Shown: positions 17,910 to 26,976 of the stretch, piece after piece
Position numbering within the stretch: the stretch's first letter is position 1
Layout of the letters: each line of letters starts with the position of its first letter
From: a virus
Lineage: Duplodnaviria; Caudoviricetes
Virus record (IMG/VR): IMGVR_UViG_3300032053_000067
Coordinates: 1,085-65,084 of that record
Reading direction: 5' to 3' (one strand)
DNA: 64,000 bases
Notes under the pieces: model-generated
What the model saw: the letters and a program-made list of their open reading frames with translations, nothing else
Databases searched by the model: none
Told to the model about the DNA's origin: nothing
Program-made: the position numbers and the translations under genes

Positions 17910-19019
17910 ATGAGCGGGAAAACGAAAATCAGTTGGGCGGATGCAACATGGTCGCCGACCCTCGGCTGTGCCAAGTGCTCGCCGGGCTGTCTCAATTGCT
18001 ACGCCGAGCGTATGGCCGTACGCCAAGCCGCGATGGGGACGCGCGGGTATGCCGACGTGGTGACGGACAGCCACTGGAACGGCAAGACCCGGTTCATTGA
18101 ATCCGAACTAGACAAACCGCTGCACTGGCGGAAGCCGCGCACGATTTTTGTGGATTCTATGAGCGATCTGTTTCACCCGGATGTGTCCGATAAAGACATT
18201 ATAAGGGTATACCAGATAATGAGCCGGTGCCCGCAACACCATTTTATGGTGTTGACAAAACGAGAAAAGCGGATGTTCAATTTTCTCCAGTTGGCTGCTC
18301 GATGCAAACTTATTGGCCCATTCGACTGCCCCCCATACATGTGTCCTGAAAAGTGTTGCAAAAGCAACATGGTAGATATGCCCCTCGCCAACGTCGCGCA
18401 CGGCGTCACGGTCTGCAACCAAGAGGAGACGCCCAAGCTCGACCTGCTGTGCCAGATCCCCGGTAAGCTGTGGGTGAGCTACGAACCCGCTCTCGGCGAG
18501 GTGGATTTTAGGCCGTGGTTGCCTGCCGACTATTGGTGTACTTGCGGTTATTCAGGCAATCATGCAGAGAGTATCTGCCGGAACTGCGGCGAAGCGTTTC
18601 CGCCGCCCGGTCCTGATGGCGATGACGTACCGTGCGAATGCGGTTGTGCCTTCTATGAGGATCATTGTCCGGAATGCGATCTTGGGGTTTATTCATGGAG
18701 CAACACGAGAGGCCCAGACAGCGAGAACGCGGCGAGCGAGAAGGCATTGGCAATGCGGGCAAATCGCCTCTCACTCGTAGTCGCCAGCGGCGAGACTGGC
18801 CCCGGCGCGCGGCCAGCACATCCGCAGTGGTTCCAGGACGTGAGGGATCAATGCGTAAAGGCGGGGGTGCCGTTCCACTTCAAAAGTTGGGGTAGTGGAT
18901 GGCGTACCCGCGACTGGATGGCGCGATTAGACGCCGCAAGCGCAGGATGGGATTACAACGAGCGCAACGGTGGCCGCATGCTGGACGGGCAGGTATACGA
19001 TGAGGGGATCGCGTGGTGA
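17910..19019 (+). CDS. DUF5131 (phage Gp37/Gp68) radical-SAM-like protein with Cys-rich insertion
   Basis: TKISWADATWSPTLGCAKCSPGCLNCYAE, FVDSMSDLFH, LTKR, SYEPALG, GETGPGARP, FHFKSWG. Confidence 0.88.
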   Translation: MSGKTKISWADATWSPTLGCAKCSPGCLNCYAERMAVRQAAMGTRGYADVVTDSHWNGKTRFIESELDKPLHWRKPRTIFVDSMSDLFHPDVSDKDIIRVYQIMSRCPQHHFMVLTKREKRMFNFLQLAARCKLIGPFDCPPYMCPEKCCKSNMVDMPLANVAHGVTVCNQEETPKLDLLCQIPGKLWVSYEPALGEVDFRPWLPADYWCTCGYSGNHAESICRNCGEAFPPPGPDGDDVPCECGCAFYEDHCPECDLGVYSWSNTRGPDSENAASEKALAMRANRLSLVVASGETGPGARPAHPQWFQDVRDQCVKAGVPFHFKSWGSGWRTRDWMARLDAASAGWDYNERNGGRMLDGQVYDEGIAW

Positions 19020-21082
19020 ACCCGCTTGACCGTTGCTTGGCCTATGTGGACAAAATGGAGCCCGCGGTGTCTGGCGCAGGCGGCCATAACGCCACGTTCG
19101 CGGTCGCCTGTGAGACGGTCCGGTTTGGCCTTGACGACGTCGACGCGCTCAGCGTGCTCAACTGGTACAACTCGAGCCGGTGTACGCCACCGTGGTCGTC
19201 CCGCGAGCTCGCCCATAAACTCACGTCGGCCCGCCAGGAATGCGGCCCCGAAGCCGGTATCCGGTTGCGCGACGACCAACCCGCTAGTAGCGGCAATGGC
19301 CACGGGCGCGCGATCCCGTGGGACGGGTTCATTGGCGGCGAACCTGCAGCGCCCGTACTCGGGCGGCGGCCGGAATGGGAAACCGCCGATATGCCCGAGT
19401 TCCTGCAGTCGTTGTTCCGCCCCGGCGAGCTTATATCCTACAATGTCGATGCCAAGCTGGACGCCGATGGTCGCTGGAAGCCAGACGGGTATGGTATCCG
19501 GGGCCGGCTGCTCGAGACGTTTCTTACAGGCGAATCGGCGGCCTCTATTGTCAGCCCCCACACTGAAGCCGGCGCCTGGGTCCGCCTCAATCCCATGGAC
19601 GGGAAGGGGATTGCCGACAAAAACGTCAAAGACTACCGGCACGCACTCGTCGAGTCTGATTCGATGCCCGTCGAGGCCCAGCTTGCGCTTATCAACAAGC
19701 TCCGCCTGCCATGCGCCGCAATCGTCCATTCGGGCGGCAAATCTATCCATGCGGTCGTCAAAATCGAGGCTGGCGGCGACCTCGATCTATACCGGGCCCG
19801 CGTGAAACGCCTCTATGGCGTGCTCGCCGCACACGGGATGGCGGTCGATGGCCACAATGGAAACCCGTCCCGGCTGTCCAGGTTGCCCGGTGTCAAGCGC
19901 GGCGAGTCCCCACAGTATTTGATAGCCACCCTCCTCGGCGCCGCGTCATGGGGCGACTGGGACGCAGCCATGGCCGCTGAACCAGCCCCGGGCGAGTTTG
20001 CAGACCTGACCAACTGGTTGACTATGGCCGATCAGCCGGTTCCTTGGATTTTTGAGTCTGCTATACCCGATCTCACCGTGACGGTGGTTGGCGCCCAGGG
20101 CGGGCTCGGGAAAAGCATGTTTATCACCGGCCTGGCGCTGTCGGCCGTGCTCGGCCGGACGTTGTTCCCATCGTTTCAGGTATCGGCGCCGATCCCCGTC
20201 TTGTTCTTGGCTGGCGAAGACTCCCTTCCTATTATATGTCGCCGTATCCGGGCCTACGTCTCAGCCAATGAAATATCTCCTGACGAGGTAACGGCCGCTT
20301 TGACATCCCGCCTGTTCCTGCAGTCCATGCAAGCCCATCCAATGCTCGAGCTGGCATCGACCCGGACTCTCAAACCCACCGCGTTTTTCGATTCCATCAA
20401 AGCGGCCGCCCGGGCGCGCGCAGCCAAGCTCGTCATCATCGACACGTCCCGGAAGTTTGGCGGCATCGTCAACGAGATCGATAACGCCCAGGTTGGCGCA
20501 TTCATGGAAGTTTGCGCTCAGCTTGCCAAAGACTGCCACTGCGCCGTCGTCGTGCTCCATCATTCGTCCAAAATCGCCGCGGACGAGAAAGAGGCGAAAC
20601 AAACCGACCTACGCGGCGGATCCGCGTTCGGCGACGAGGCCCGATGTGTATGGGTGTTGAAACGACGCAAGGACAAGCGGATCGAAGCCAGCAACCAGAA
20701 GATGTCCTACGGCACCGCGCGTCGGCCCGTGGTGCTCGAGTTCCTCGAGGACGGGGCGCTGGTCGAGTCGAACCGCCGCTCAGATGACAAGTCTCGGCTC
20801 GCCGAAGAAGACGCACAATTAGCAGTTCTAGCTGTCCGCGAGTGGGTGATTGCCAATCCAAATATCCCCGTATCGGCAACTCGTGTATGTCACAGGCAAC
20901 AGACAGAAGAGGCAAAAGCACTCTTCGAAGCCATGGGGAAACGGTTTATCTGGATGACCTGGACTCGGCTTGCCGAGGTCGTTGGGATAGGGTTGAGAGC
21001 GGGGATTCTAGATGACGTAAAGGTCAAAATCGGTCGCGCGTACAAGGCCGCCATCATCCCTGGGAAGGTCGAAAAATGGTAG
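19013..21082 (+). CDS. Primase-helicase (N-terminal PriCT-like, primase core, AAA_25 helicase)
   Basis: CTPPWSSRELAHKL; VHSGGKSIHAVV and NPSRLSRLPG; GAQGGLGKS Walker A, VIIDT, VLHHSSK, LRGGSAF. Confidence 0.88.
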   Translation: MVNPLDRCLAYVDKMEPAVSGAGGHNATFAVACETVRFGLDDVDALSVLNWYNSSRCTPPWSSRELAHKLTSARQECGPEAGIRLRDDQPASSGNGHGRAIPWDGFIGGEPAAPVLGRRPEWETADMPEFLQSLFRPGELISYNVDAKLDADGRWKPDGYGIRGRLLETFLTGESAASIVSPHTEAGAWVRLNPMDGKGIADKNVKDYRHALVESDSMPVEAQLALINKLRLPCAAIVHSGGKSIHAVVKIEAGGDLDLYRARVKRLYGVLAAHGMAVDGHNGNPSRLSRLPGVKRGESPQYLIATLLGAASWGDWDAAMAAEPAPGEFADLTNWLTMADQPVPWIFESAIPDLTVTVVGAQGGLGKSMFITGLALSAVLGRTLFPSFQVSAPIPVLFLAGEDSLPIICRRIRAYVSANEISPDEVTAALTSRLFLQSMQAHPMLELASTRTLKPTAFFDSIKAAARARAAKLVIIDTSRKFGGIVNEIDNAQVGAFMEVCAQLAKDCHCAVVVLHHSSKIAADEKEAKQTDLRGGSAFGDEARCVWVLKRRKDKRIEASNQKMSYGTARRPVVLEFLEDGALVESNRRSDDKSRLAEEDAQLAVLAVREWVIANPNIPVSATRVCHRQQTEEAKALFEAMGKRFIWMTWTRLAEVVGIGLRAGILDDVKVKIGRAYKAAIIPGKVEKW

Positions 21083-21090
21083 TGAATCTC

Positions 21091-21317
21091 ACGGTGTCGC
21101 ACGGTGTAGCACGGTGTCGCACTTTTCTAATCTGCTACACCGTCACGGTGTCGCACTCACGGTGTAGCACGGTGTCGCACTCGATGCGTTGCTACACCTT
21201 TAAGTCTAGTCATACCAAGAACTTCGACGGTGTAGCAAATAAAGTGCTACACCGTGGTTTTTGCAGTTTCTGTAAGCCACATAATGTCAAGGGGTTACGC
21301 GAATCTGACGGTGTAGC
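21091..21317. repeat. Iteron-like 10-bp repeat array; putative replication origin
   Basis: About 8 direct copies of ACGGTGT(C/A)GC and 3 inverted copies (GCTACACC) immediately after the primase-helicase. Confidence 0.8.
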
Positions 21318-21425
21318 ATTTTACCCTATCTCCTACGGAGATATATACGCCGCTCTTGTGCGAGCGGCTAATATCCCGCTTCACGGGAGATACGCGCGCA
21401 CGATTGCGCACCCCGGATGTGGCTT

Positions 21426-21761
21426 ATGAAATACCCACGGTGGCGCACGCACAAGTTCAACGCCAGACGATGCACCGTCAACGGCATCAAGTTTCCATCG
21501 AAGCTCGAAGGCCGAGTCTACATACGGCTACTGGCTGACCAAGAGGATGGACGGATTCGCGATCTTAAACTTCAAGTCGCGTATGTACTTCAGGAGTCTC
21601 CAAAGATTACATACAGAATCGACTTTGCCTATATTGACTGTGTCACCGATGAGTTGGTGCTCATCGAAGCCAAAGGGAAGGAGACCGACGTGTTCAGACT
21701 CAAATTGAAACTCTTTGCAACCCGATACCCTGACCTCGACCTGCGCGTGGTGACGTCATGA
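21426..21761 (+). CDS. DUF1064-family PD-(D/E)XK nuclease (putative resolvase)
   Basis: KFNARRCTVNGIKFPSKLE...LQVAY...YRIDFAY...IEAKGKETDVFRLKLKLF. Confidence 0.85.
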   Translation: MKYPRWRTHKFNARRCTVNGIKFPSKLEGRVYIRLLADQEDGRIRDLKLQVAYVLQESPKITYRIDFAYIDCVTDELVLIEAKGKETDVFRLKLKLFATRYPDLDLRVVTS

Positions 21762-22966
21762 CTTTGGACTGTTTCGCCCGTCGCGTCCATTTCGTCGACC
21801 ACCTCGCGCCTGTCTGGCGAGCGTTGCCGCTGGAAGCCCGTGGGACGTTCTGGGTGCCGGAAGCCCTGGTGGATTATGCGCGTATCCGTGGTGTTGACGC
21901 GACGGGGGTGGCGCCGGTGCGCCGGCAGTTGCCGCCACTCGAGGTGTGGCCGCAGCCAGGCCGGGGTCCGGTGCTCTGCTGCGCGTATGGCGATATCGAG
22001 CAGGTCTGGAAAGCTGACCGGCGGCGCCCGTTGATTCTCATGGAACACGGGGTCGGGCTGACGCCGGGAAACTCGGTGGACGGCAGAGAGGTGTTGTCCC
22101 CAGGGTATGCAGGCGGCGGGGACTTGCGTAAACGGGTGGTGCTCTTCCTGGCAACAAACGAGTTTATCGCGGCCAAGACGCGGCGGGCCATCCCTAGGGC
22201 GTGTCAGGTGGTCGTTGGGACGCCGAAGATGGACCGGTGGGCGAATCCGGTTGGTGAAGTGGTGATGTCTCAGAAAATCATCGCGGCTGCGGCGGCGTAC
22301 CCGGAACCATATGCGGGTCCGTTTGGACGGGCGGCGTTGGCATGGTCCCATAAAGTATCCCAAAACTATGTGCCTGCGACGGCAACTGAAATAAGGATGT
22401 TGATGACACAAAGACCACGGCCCGTCGTTGCAATCTCCTGGCACTGGGACGGCCACCGTGTTTGCCCCGAAGCCGGCAACGCCTGGAAATATTTCAAACG
22501 CGGCATCCCGGCGCTGTGTGGGCGGTATCACGTCCTGGGGCACGGCCACCCGAAGATCATGGATTTCTTGGCTAAGGAGTATGAGGCGTTGGGTTGCGGG
22601 ATTGAGATCGTGCGAGACTTCGAGGAAGTTCTCGAACGCGCCGACGTGTACGTGAACGATGCGTCGAGCACGTTGTACGAGTTTTCGTGTACGGGAAAAC
22701 CCGTGGTGGTTTGCAACGCGCCATGGTTCCGGCGCAATGTGGATTATGGTATCCGGTTCTGGCGCTGGTCGGACGTCGGCGTGGAGTGCAACGAGCCCGG
22801 GGAGTTGTTGGACGCGGTGGCGCTGGCGCTGGAAGACCGGCCGGAACAACAGGCAAAACGGCGGAAGGCCGTGGCCGACTTGTATCCTTATCTCGGGCGG
22901 AGTGCGGAAGTGGCCGCGGCGGCGCTGGTGGAATTTTTGAAACAACACGAGAAGGAGACGCCATGA
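21758..22966 (+). CDS. GT-B fold glycosyl/glycerophosphotransferase-like (TagB/TagF-like) protein
   Basis: LMEHG, VVGTPKMD, GHGHPK, ADVYVNDASSTLYEF...GKPVV. Confidence 0.72.
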   Translation: MTLDCFARRVHFVDHLAPVWRALPLEARGTFWVPEALVDYARIRGVDATGVAPVRRQLPPLEVWPQPGRGPVLCCAYGDIEQVWKADRRRPLILMEHGVGLTPGNSVDGREVLSPGYAGGGDLRKRVVLFLATNEFIAAKTRRAIPRACQVVVGTPKMDRWANPVGEVVMSQKIIAAAAAYPEPYAGPFGRAALAWSHKVSQNYVPATATEIRMLMTQRPRPVVAISWHWDGHRVCPEAGNAWKYFKRGIPALCGRYHVLGHGHPKIMDFLAKEYEALGCGIEIVRDFEEVLERADVYVNDASSTLYEFSCTGKPVVVCNAPWFRRNVDYGIRFWRWSDVGVECNEPGELLDAVALALEDRPEQQAKRRKAVADLYPYLGRSAEVAAAALVEFLKQHEKETP

Positions 22967-23649
22967 TGGCACCACAAATAGAAAACCTGCGGGATCACAG
23001 GTTACTGATACTGCCGGAGTTTGACCGGCTTCGCTCCCTGTTTTTTATGGCCCCAGGCATGGAACAGTTGAAGGACGCGGAAGTCGCACACCTCTGTTGG
23101 CTGGGAGCTCAAGCGCCGGCGGCGGGTCGGATTGTGGAGATCGGGAGTTACAAGGGCAAGTCGGCGCTTTGCTTGGCCTCGGGCGCACGCAGCGTTGGAA
23201 GCGGGGCAATGGTCCTTGCTGTAGACTTATGGCTGTTGGGCGCAGGCTCGACGGCGGAGCGGTACAATTCGGAGCAGACGTGGCAGACGTTCCAGAAGCG
23301 TGTCAGAGATTGGGGGTTTGATGGGCAAATTGTGCCGTTCATGCGAGCGAGCGTGGATGCGGCCGAGGAGTGGGGAAAACGGCAAGCAGTATTCAACCCG
23401 TCTGTCGCGCCGAAGATCAACGTCCTATTCCTCGATGGTGGCCATACCTATGCCGACGTACACGCCGATTTTTGCGCTTGGAGTCCGTTTGTGGCTCCGG
23501 GGGGGCACGTGGCGTTCCACGACTACGGGACGAAATACACGGACGGCGTGGACCGAGTCGTGGCAGAGGAAGTGATGGGGAAACTGGCGGCGTGGGGAGA
23601 GTTTGGCGTGGAAGGCCGGATTTTTACGGCGAGGCGGTTGAACGGATGA
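22963..23649 (+). CDS. Class I SAM-dependent methyltransferase (Methyltransf_24-like)
   Basis: IVEIGSYKGKS, AVDLW, LFLDGGHTYADV, GGHVAFHDY. Confidence 0.88.
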   Translation: MMAPQIENLRDHRLLILPEFDRLRSLFFMAPGMEQLKDAEVAHLCWLGAQAPAAGRIVEIGSYKGKSALCLASGARSVGSGAMVLAVDLWLLGAGSTAERYNSEQTWQTFQKRVRDWGFDGQIVPFMRASVDAAEEWGKRQAVFNPSVAPKINVLFLDGGHTYADVHADFCAWSPFVAPGGHVAFHDYGTKYTDGVDRVVAEEVMGKLAAWGEFGVEGRIFTARRLNG

Positions 23650-24248
23650 TCGAACCCAAGATCGACATACGGATTCCTTGGGAACCTGGTGGCGCCTTGG
23701 GTGAAGATTACAATCGTATTATGCGGGAAACGTGCCAAGAGTGGGTGTTGCTGCTGGATGCGGACGTGATGGTTTTACACCCGTCGTTTTATGTAGTTTG
23801 TCAGGCGGGCATCCGCCAATATCCCGCTGCTGGCATGTTTACGTGTTGGGCATCGAGTACCGGGTGCGTGCATTCAAAGGCGAAAGCTCGGCCTCCCGCA
23901 GATGCCTCTCTGCTGGCGCATAGGGCGTTCGCCCGTGCGCTTTGGGATAAGTACGGGTATCAGTGTACAGAGATCGTTACTGGCCCGGAGTCCCCGCATG
24001 GATGGACGCCTAAGTGGCTGGCGGGGTTTTTTATGTTGGTGCGGAAACAGGCGTGGGCGGATGTTGGGGAGTTTTGTGACGGGATCGCCGTAGATCATGT
24101 ATTTCACCAGGGTCTAGTTAAACACGGATTTAAGGTGTACCGGCTCGATGGCTTGTATGCTCTGCACCTGCGGGACAGGTCGGGGGAACGTTGGATTGAG
24201 GATGTGCCGGTGAGTACGGACTATTGGCATGGACGGAGGGTAACGTGA
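23646..24248 (+). CDS. GT-A/GT2-like glycosyltransferase
   Basis: LGEDYN, WVLLLDADV (DxD), GFFMLVRKQAWADVGEF. Confidence 0.78.
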   Translation: MIEPKIDIRIPWEPGGALGEDYNRIMRETCQEWVLLLDADVMVLHPSFYVVCQAGIRQYPAAGMFTCWASSTGCVHSKAKARPPADASLLAHRAFARALWDKYGYQCTEIVTGPESPHGWTPKWLAGFFMLVRKQAWADVGEFCDGIAVDHVFHQGLVKHGFKVYRLDGLYALHLRDRSGERWIEDVPVSTDYWHGRRVT

Positions 24249-24736
24249 TGGGTAAACGCAACGTTCGGAAACTGCTGACGGCCATGGAAACCGAGTTTGT
24301 CATCCACTACGAGGCGCAGGGGTTTCGCCACCAGGAAGAGGCCGCGCGGCTGGCCGGGTACAAGCACGCGAACCCGGCTGCTGTTGTGATTGTTAAACGA
24401 CCGGCGGTTAAGGCGGCGATACAAAAACGCCGAGAAGCGGCTCTGGCGGTAGCAAATGAACTTGGGGTGATGGACCGGGACAAACTGTTGAAGCTCTGGA
24501 CCACGATAGCCATGTCCGGAACTACCCAGGACAAAGACAAAATTGCAGCTTCAAAACTGCTGGCGGAATACCTCGGGATGTTCGAAAAAGACACCCAGGA
24601 CAATGTGCCGCGGTCGTTGCTCCAGATATTGCAATGCGTCGAGGGGCGGTGCCCCCGGTGTGGCGAGATTGTCCGGGTGCAGCCGGTCGAGGTGCTTGTC
24701 GAACAGCCGGCTCGTCGGAGAAGGATAGACGCATGA
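24248..24736 (+). CDS. terS: Terminase small subunit
   Basis: EFVIHY...EAARLAGYK...RPAVKAAIQ...DKIAASKLLAEYLGMF. Confidence 0.8.
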   Translation: MGKRNVRKLLTAMETEFVIHYEAQGFRHQEEAARLAGYKHANPAAVVIVKRPAVKAAIQKRREAALAVANELGVMDRDKLLKLWTTIAMSGTTQDKDKIAASKLLAEYLGMFEKDTQDNVPRSLLQILQCVEGRCPRCGEIVRVQPVEVLVEQPARRRRIDA

Positions 24737-24762
24737 TTTGCTCCATGGCGGCGGTTTTCTTT

Positions 24763-25314
24763 CTAAAAAGATACAACAGTCACCTGCAATTGCAGGTCTA
24801 TCCTATATTGGGGGGTATCTTCCGGCAGGTAGCTTACGCCCATATGTTCTGTGCTCAGCGTGATCGTATAAACTGCATCTTCTGCCGCCGGAAAAATAGG
24901 TATAGGCACCGCATAAACAACAACGCCGGGGCGACGTGGTTCACCTGATAGCGGGATATCCATGTGCTCGACGCCATTCGTTAAACGGGCCGTCACGCCG
25001 GCAGGTACGGGCATATCGTTCCGGCAGATAACGGCCACGTTGAGTAGGCCGCCGAAACCCGCTTTGACCCACACGTCCCGCCACATTGTGGATGTGGTCA
25101 TCGTATCGCGGGTCTGTATTGTGTTTCGGAACACCATTATCTTGCCAACGCCAAGCTCCGTCAGGTTGCCGCCTGTATACCATTCGGCACGGGTGGTGCG
25201 GACACAACCATGTGTCCAATCGTAAAATCGGATCGTGTACTCGCTTTTTGCTGACCGTACAACGATTGGGTTAAATGCCGATAGAAGCATGAGAACTGCG
25301 CAAACGTATCGCAT
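24763..25314 (-). CDS. Putative exported beta-rich protein
   Basis: Signal-peptide-like N-terminus MRYVCAVLMLLSAF; GAGGA SD. Confidence 0.6.
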   Translation of the reverse strand: MRYVCAVLMLLSAFNPIVVRSAKSEYTIRFYDWTHGCVRTTRAEWYTGGNLTELGVGKIMVFRNTIQTRDTMTTSTMWRDVWVKAGFGGLLNVAVICRNDMPVPAGVTARLTNGVEHMDIPLSGEPRRPGVVVYAVPIPIFPAAEDAVYTITLSTEHMGVSYLPEDTPQYRIDLQLQVTVVSF

Positions 25315-25394
25315 TGTCGTGTCCTCTGCGCACTGCCCTAGTTAAACTGCGGCCCGTTGCCGCCCCTCATAATACTCTCAAGGTGCCGGTACTG

Positions 25395-25571
25395 TCATCC
25401 TGGTAGGTCTTTCATGTGCGCCTTCATGTACTCAATGGCTTTCCTGAGCCCCGCACTCAGGTTGCCATTGAGCGCGCCTGGCTCCCGGCCGAGTTCGCTG
25501 AGGAACTTCGCTTGTTCCTGCGTCAGGTATGCCTTCCTACCGACCAGTTCATTCTTCTTGGTGTTCTTCAT
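25395..25571 (-). CDS. Ribbon-helix-helix-like small DNA-binding protein
   Basis: RKAYLTQEQAKFLSELG...GNLSAGLRKAIE. Confidence 0.6.
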   Translation of the reverse strand: MKNTKKNELVGRKAYLTQEQAKFLSELGREPGALNGNLSAGLRKAIEYMKAHMKDLPG

Positions 25572-25606
25572 GCTTCGCCTTTCTGCGCCGTGGCGCGTTG
25601 TTGTTT

Positions 25607-25828
25607 TTACCAATCCCCACCGTCATTGGGGATGTTAATTGCGTCAACCGTATAACGATGATCTACGGTCCCATCCGGAGTTACGACATGTTCGCCATTG
25701 ATGCCTGTACGCATGACGATTAGGCTGCCACTAGCCGAAAACAACCATAACGTCGGTGGCCAAGCACGGGCGGCCCGTTTTAGCAGCCGAATCGCCTTGA
25801 CTTCCGCAGCACTTAACAGTTCATTCAT
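25607..25828 (-). CDS. Hypothetical protein
   Basis: GGAGG SD; WPPTLWLFSASGSL...IPNDGGDW resembles a recurring small phage protein. Confidence 0.7.
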   Translation of the reverse strand: MNELLSAAEVKAIRLLKRAARAWPPTLWLFSASGSLIVMRTGINGEHVVTPDGTVDHRYTVDAINIPNDGGDW

Positions 25829-25925
25829 GTGGCCTCCGTGGCGCTTCTATCCCTTACCCCGCCCGCGATCGCCCCACCTGGGGCAACGTGCGCGGCGGGA
25901 TTGGGGTTATTCCTCGCCCTCGTCC

Positions 25926-26198
25926 TCAATCAGCGCGCGAAACCATGTCCCGAAACATCGCCATGAGGTCACGCACGTAATTCTCGGAGTCAGGCAATCC
26001 CTGTTCGACCGCGGCACACGCGGCTGGCCAATCGTCACATATGCTGTTATATGCGACATACTCGTACGGATTACCGGATGGTACGCACTGCGCTAATGCG
26101 ACATCAGCCCATCCCCACCCATTGGTTTCGCCAACACCAACCTGTATATCATCACGATTGAGCTCGAAGATTTTCACTAAATCATCCAGCGTTTTCAT
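25926..26198 (-). CDS. Hypothetical protein
   Basis: Start reassigned to ATG 26198 (GAGGAG SD). Confidence 0.65.
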   Translation of the reverse strand: MKTLDDLVKIFELNRDDIQVGVGETNGWGWADVALAQCVPSGNPYEYVAYNSICDDWPAACAAVEQGLPDSENYVRDLMAMFRDMVSRAD

Positions 26199-26284
26199 TC
26201 CGTTCTCCTCGCCCTCGCGGGCTGTTGGGCCGGGCTTGCCACCGGCGTGTGCATTACGGGCGGCCCGGAGGCCGCCTGGCTCTG

Positions 26285-26659
26285 CTAATCCTTGATCCAC
26301 GCCCAATAGGCGTAGCCGCCCGCCGACATCTGCCGGTAGGTGTAGCCGGGCACGGCCACCGCATACTGCATGCCCTGCCAGCATTGCTTGGATCTCCGCC
26401 CGCTATCGGTCCACAGCGTGCGCGACAGATATGGGTGCCCATTGTGCGGAGCCGTCAGGCGCCACTCACAGGGCTTCATGAGCCCCATACCGCCGTAGAG
26501 CATTTCGTCCGGCAGCTTTTCTTTGCGCCGCGCCGCCGCGATCACGATGTGATCGGGGATGTAGATCGGGAGCGTGTAGCAGGCGATGTCGCCCGCCTGA
26601 TTGATGTCGTCCTGGGCTGGTGCTAGCTCTGTGGTAGCGATTACGTTGATCGTGATCAT
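26285..26659 (-). CDS. Hypothetical protein, first gene of inverted cassette
   Basis: GGAGGA SD; follows a strong promoter. Confidence 0.7.
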   Translation of the reverse strand: MITINVIATTELAPAQDDINQAGDIACYTLPIYIPDHIVIAAARRKEKLPDEMLYGGMGLMKPCEWRLTAPHNGHPYLSRTLWTDSGRRSKQCWQGMQYAVAVPGYTYRQMSAGGYAYWAWIKD

Positions 26660-26715
26660 TTCCGTCCTCCCTGCCCTCGCGGGCCGTTGTGCCAGGCTTT
26701 AAGTCCTATGTCTCT

Positions 26716-26744
26716 ATAGTACCACGTCGCCAAGTGTCTGTCAA
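26716..26744 (-). promoter_or_regulatory. Near-consensus sigma70 promoter driving the inverted cassette
   Basis: Minus strand TTGACA (26744-26739), 17 nt, TACTAT (26721-26716), with extended -10 TG. Confidence 0.78.
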
Positions 26745-26840
26745 GCATTATTTTTACCATGTTTTTTTGTTATTTTTTTTGACATTATTTCCAATTTTCA
26801 TAGTAGTTTAGATTAGTAGCCCTTAAAAAACTAATACGCG

Positions 26841-26900
26841 AGTGTCCACTCTTGTCTACTCTTGTCTACTCCTGTCCACTCTTGTCCAATAACGTCCATA
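26841..26900. repeat. 10-bp period tandem repeat upstream of portal
   Basis: agtgtccact cttgtctact cttgtctact cctgtccact cttgtccaat aacgtccata. Confidence 0.8.
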
Positions 26901-26976
26901 TGTACGTATTTACCTACGAAAGTCATTGACATTCGGCGCTTTGTATGGTAAACGTCGGGATAGACAGGGGTATTAT

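Noticed and set aside
21091-21317. Possible CRISPR array
   Set aside because: 10-bp units in mixed orientation, no regular unique spacers, no cas genes.
21076-21429. 117-aa ORF over the repeat array
   Set aside because: Translation just mirrors the 10-bp repeats; more likely a non-coding origin.
21629-22975. Long antisense ORFs (also 5155-6297, 31403-32629, 34074-35297, 43398-44747, 54752-55813)
   Set aside because: Typical GC-rich antisense shadows of well-supported genes; no motifs or SD.
26779-26954. Plus-strand sigma70 promoters for portal (TTGACA at 26779 and 26926)
   Set aside because: -10 matches at proper spacing are weak; mentioned in a finding but not called as features.
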